Made by a program: the position numbers and the translations under genes
Assembly: GCA_032718475.1 (NCBI GenBank)
Contig: JAUCBJ010003878.1
Coordinates: 1-64,000, forward strand
DNA: 64,000 nt
Direction of reading: 5' to 3'
DNA from: Nemertoderma westbladi
Lineage: Eukaryota > Animalia > Xenacoelomorpha
Part shown: positions 63,411 through 64,000 of the stretch, one piece after another
Layout: every line of letters starts with the position of its first letter
How positions within the stretch are numbered: position 1 is the first letter of the stretch
Notes under the pieces: model-generated
The model's input: only the letters and a program-made list of their open reading frames with translations
Databases searched by the model: none
Told to the model about the DNA's origin: nothing

Positions 63411-63760
63411 CGACCCTCGATTGCGCCCAATATTTTCTCAGGATCTTACAGTATAATGTTAAAGTGAAACAAATTGATACGGTGAACCTCTGATCATCAT
63501 CTGGAACTTCTGCGCTTCCTAATAACATTGTGCCAAAAATAATATTAATAAAACATTTAATAATATCATCTGAGGTGAATGGACTTGGAAGGTGGGGCGA
63601 GGGCGAATCGATCAACTGTCCAAGTCGATTCGCCCCAACTCCATGTGCTCCTAGAAATTGGGGCGAAAAGATCGAGGGACGAATCGTCCCGCACCCCATC
63701 CACAGGTATTACTATTAGGGATTCCAACCAACCCACTATTAATTAACCACATGCTTAAAA

Positions 63761-63854
63761 ATTATTATTATTACACTAATACTATACTATTTTATTAAAC
63801 ATTGAATTATTATTATTATTACACTAATACTATACTATTTTATTAAACATTGAT
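63761..63854. repeat. Short tandem duplication (two copies of about 45 bp)
   Basis: ATTATTATTATTACACTAATACTATACTATTTTATTAAACATTGA occurs twice. Confidence 0.85.
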
Positions 63855-64000
63855 TTAGTAACGGGTGAGCACAAAACAAAGACCAAAGATTAAGTACCTG
63901 TACGAAACACAGGTGTTAACTTTCGTTTATAGTTTTGGTTCTTCCAACGCGCTTCTATAACCTGCTCCTTTACGCTCTTTGCGACCTAACGCTCTTTGGG

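Noticed and set aside
61880-63493. Multiple short ORFs on both strands
   Set aside because: Products of the 22-bp minisatellite.

Overview
AT-rich, intron-containing animal (invertebrate-like) genomic DNA, not prokaryotic. Four spliced + strand genes can be reconstructed from GT-AG boundaries: a G-protein alpha 12/13 subunit (first exon not found in the window), BLOC1S2, the PP2A scaffold A subunit (only one coding intron) and a MINPP1-type histidine phosphatase. About 24 kb (roughly 38%) is tandem repeat in seven arrays (30/29, 30, 28, 31, 10, 23/29 and 22 bp units), which produce most long ORFs in the supplied track. Mobile DNA includes the gag start of a Gypsy-type LTR retrotransposon (missing from the ORF track because it runs off the window), LINE fragments, a hAT element with an 8-bp TSD and several MITEs. 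Most notable: a minimal type I hammerhead ribozyme at about 21.9 kb, a PP2A-A intron made almost entirely of tandem copies of its own 5' splice site, a MINPP1 lacking the usual HAE proton-donor glutamate, minisatellites seeded from transposon ends, and abundant TA-flanked palindromes resembling transposon excision footprints. All calls are by eye; no database search was run.
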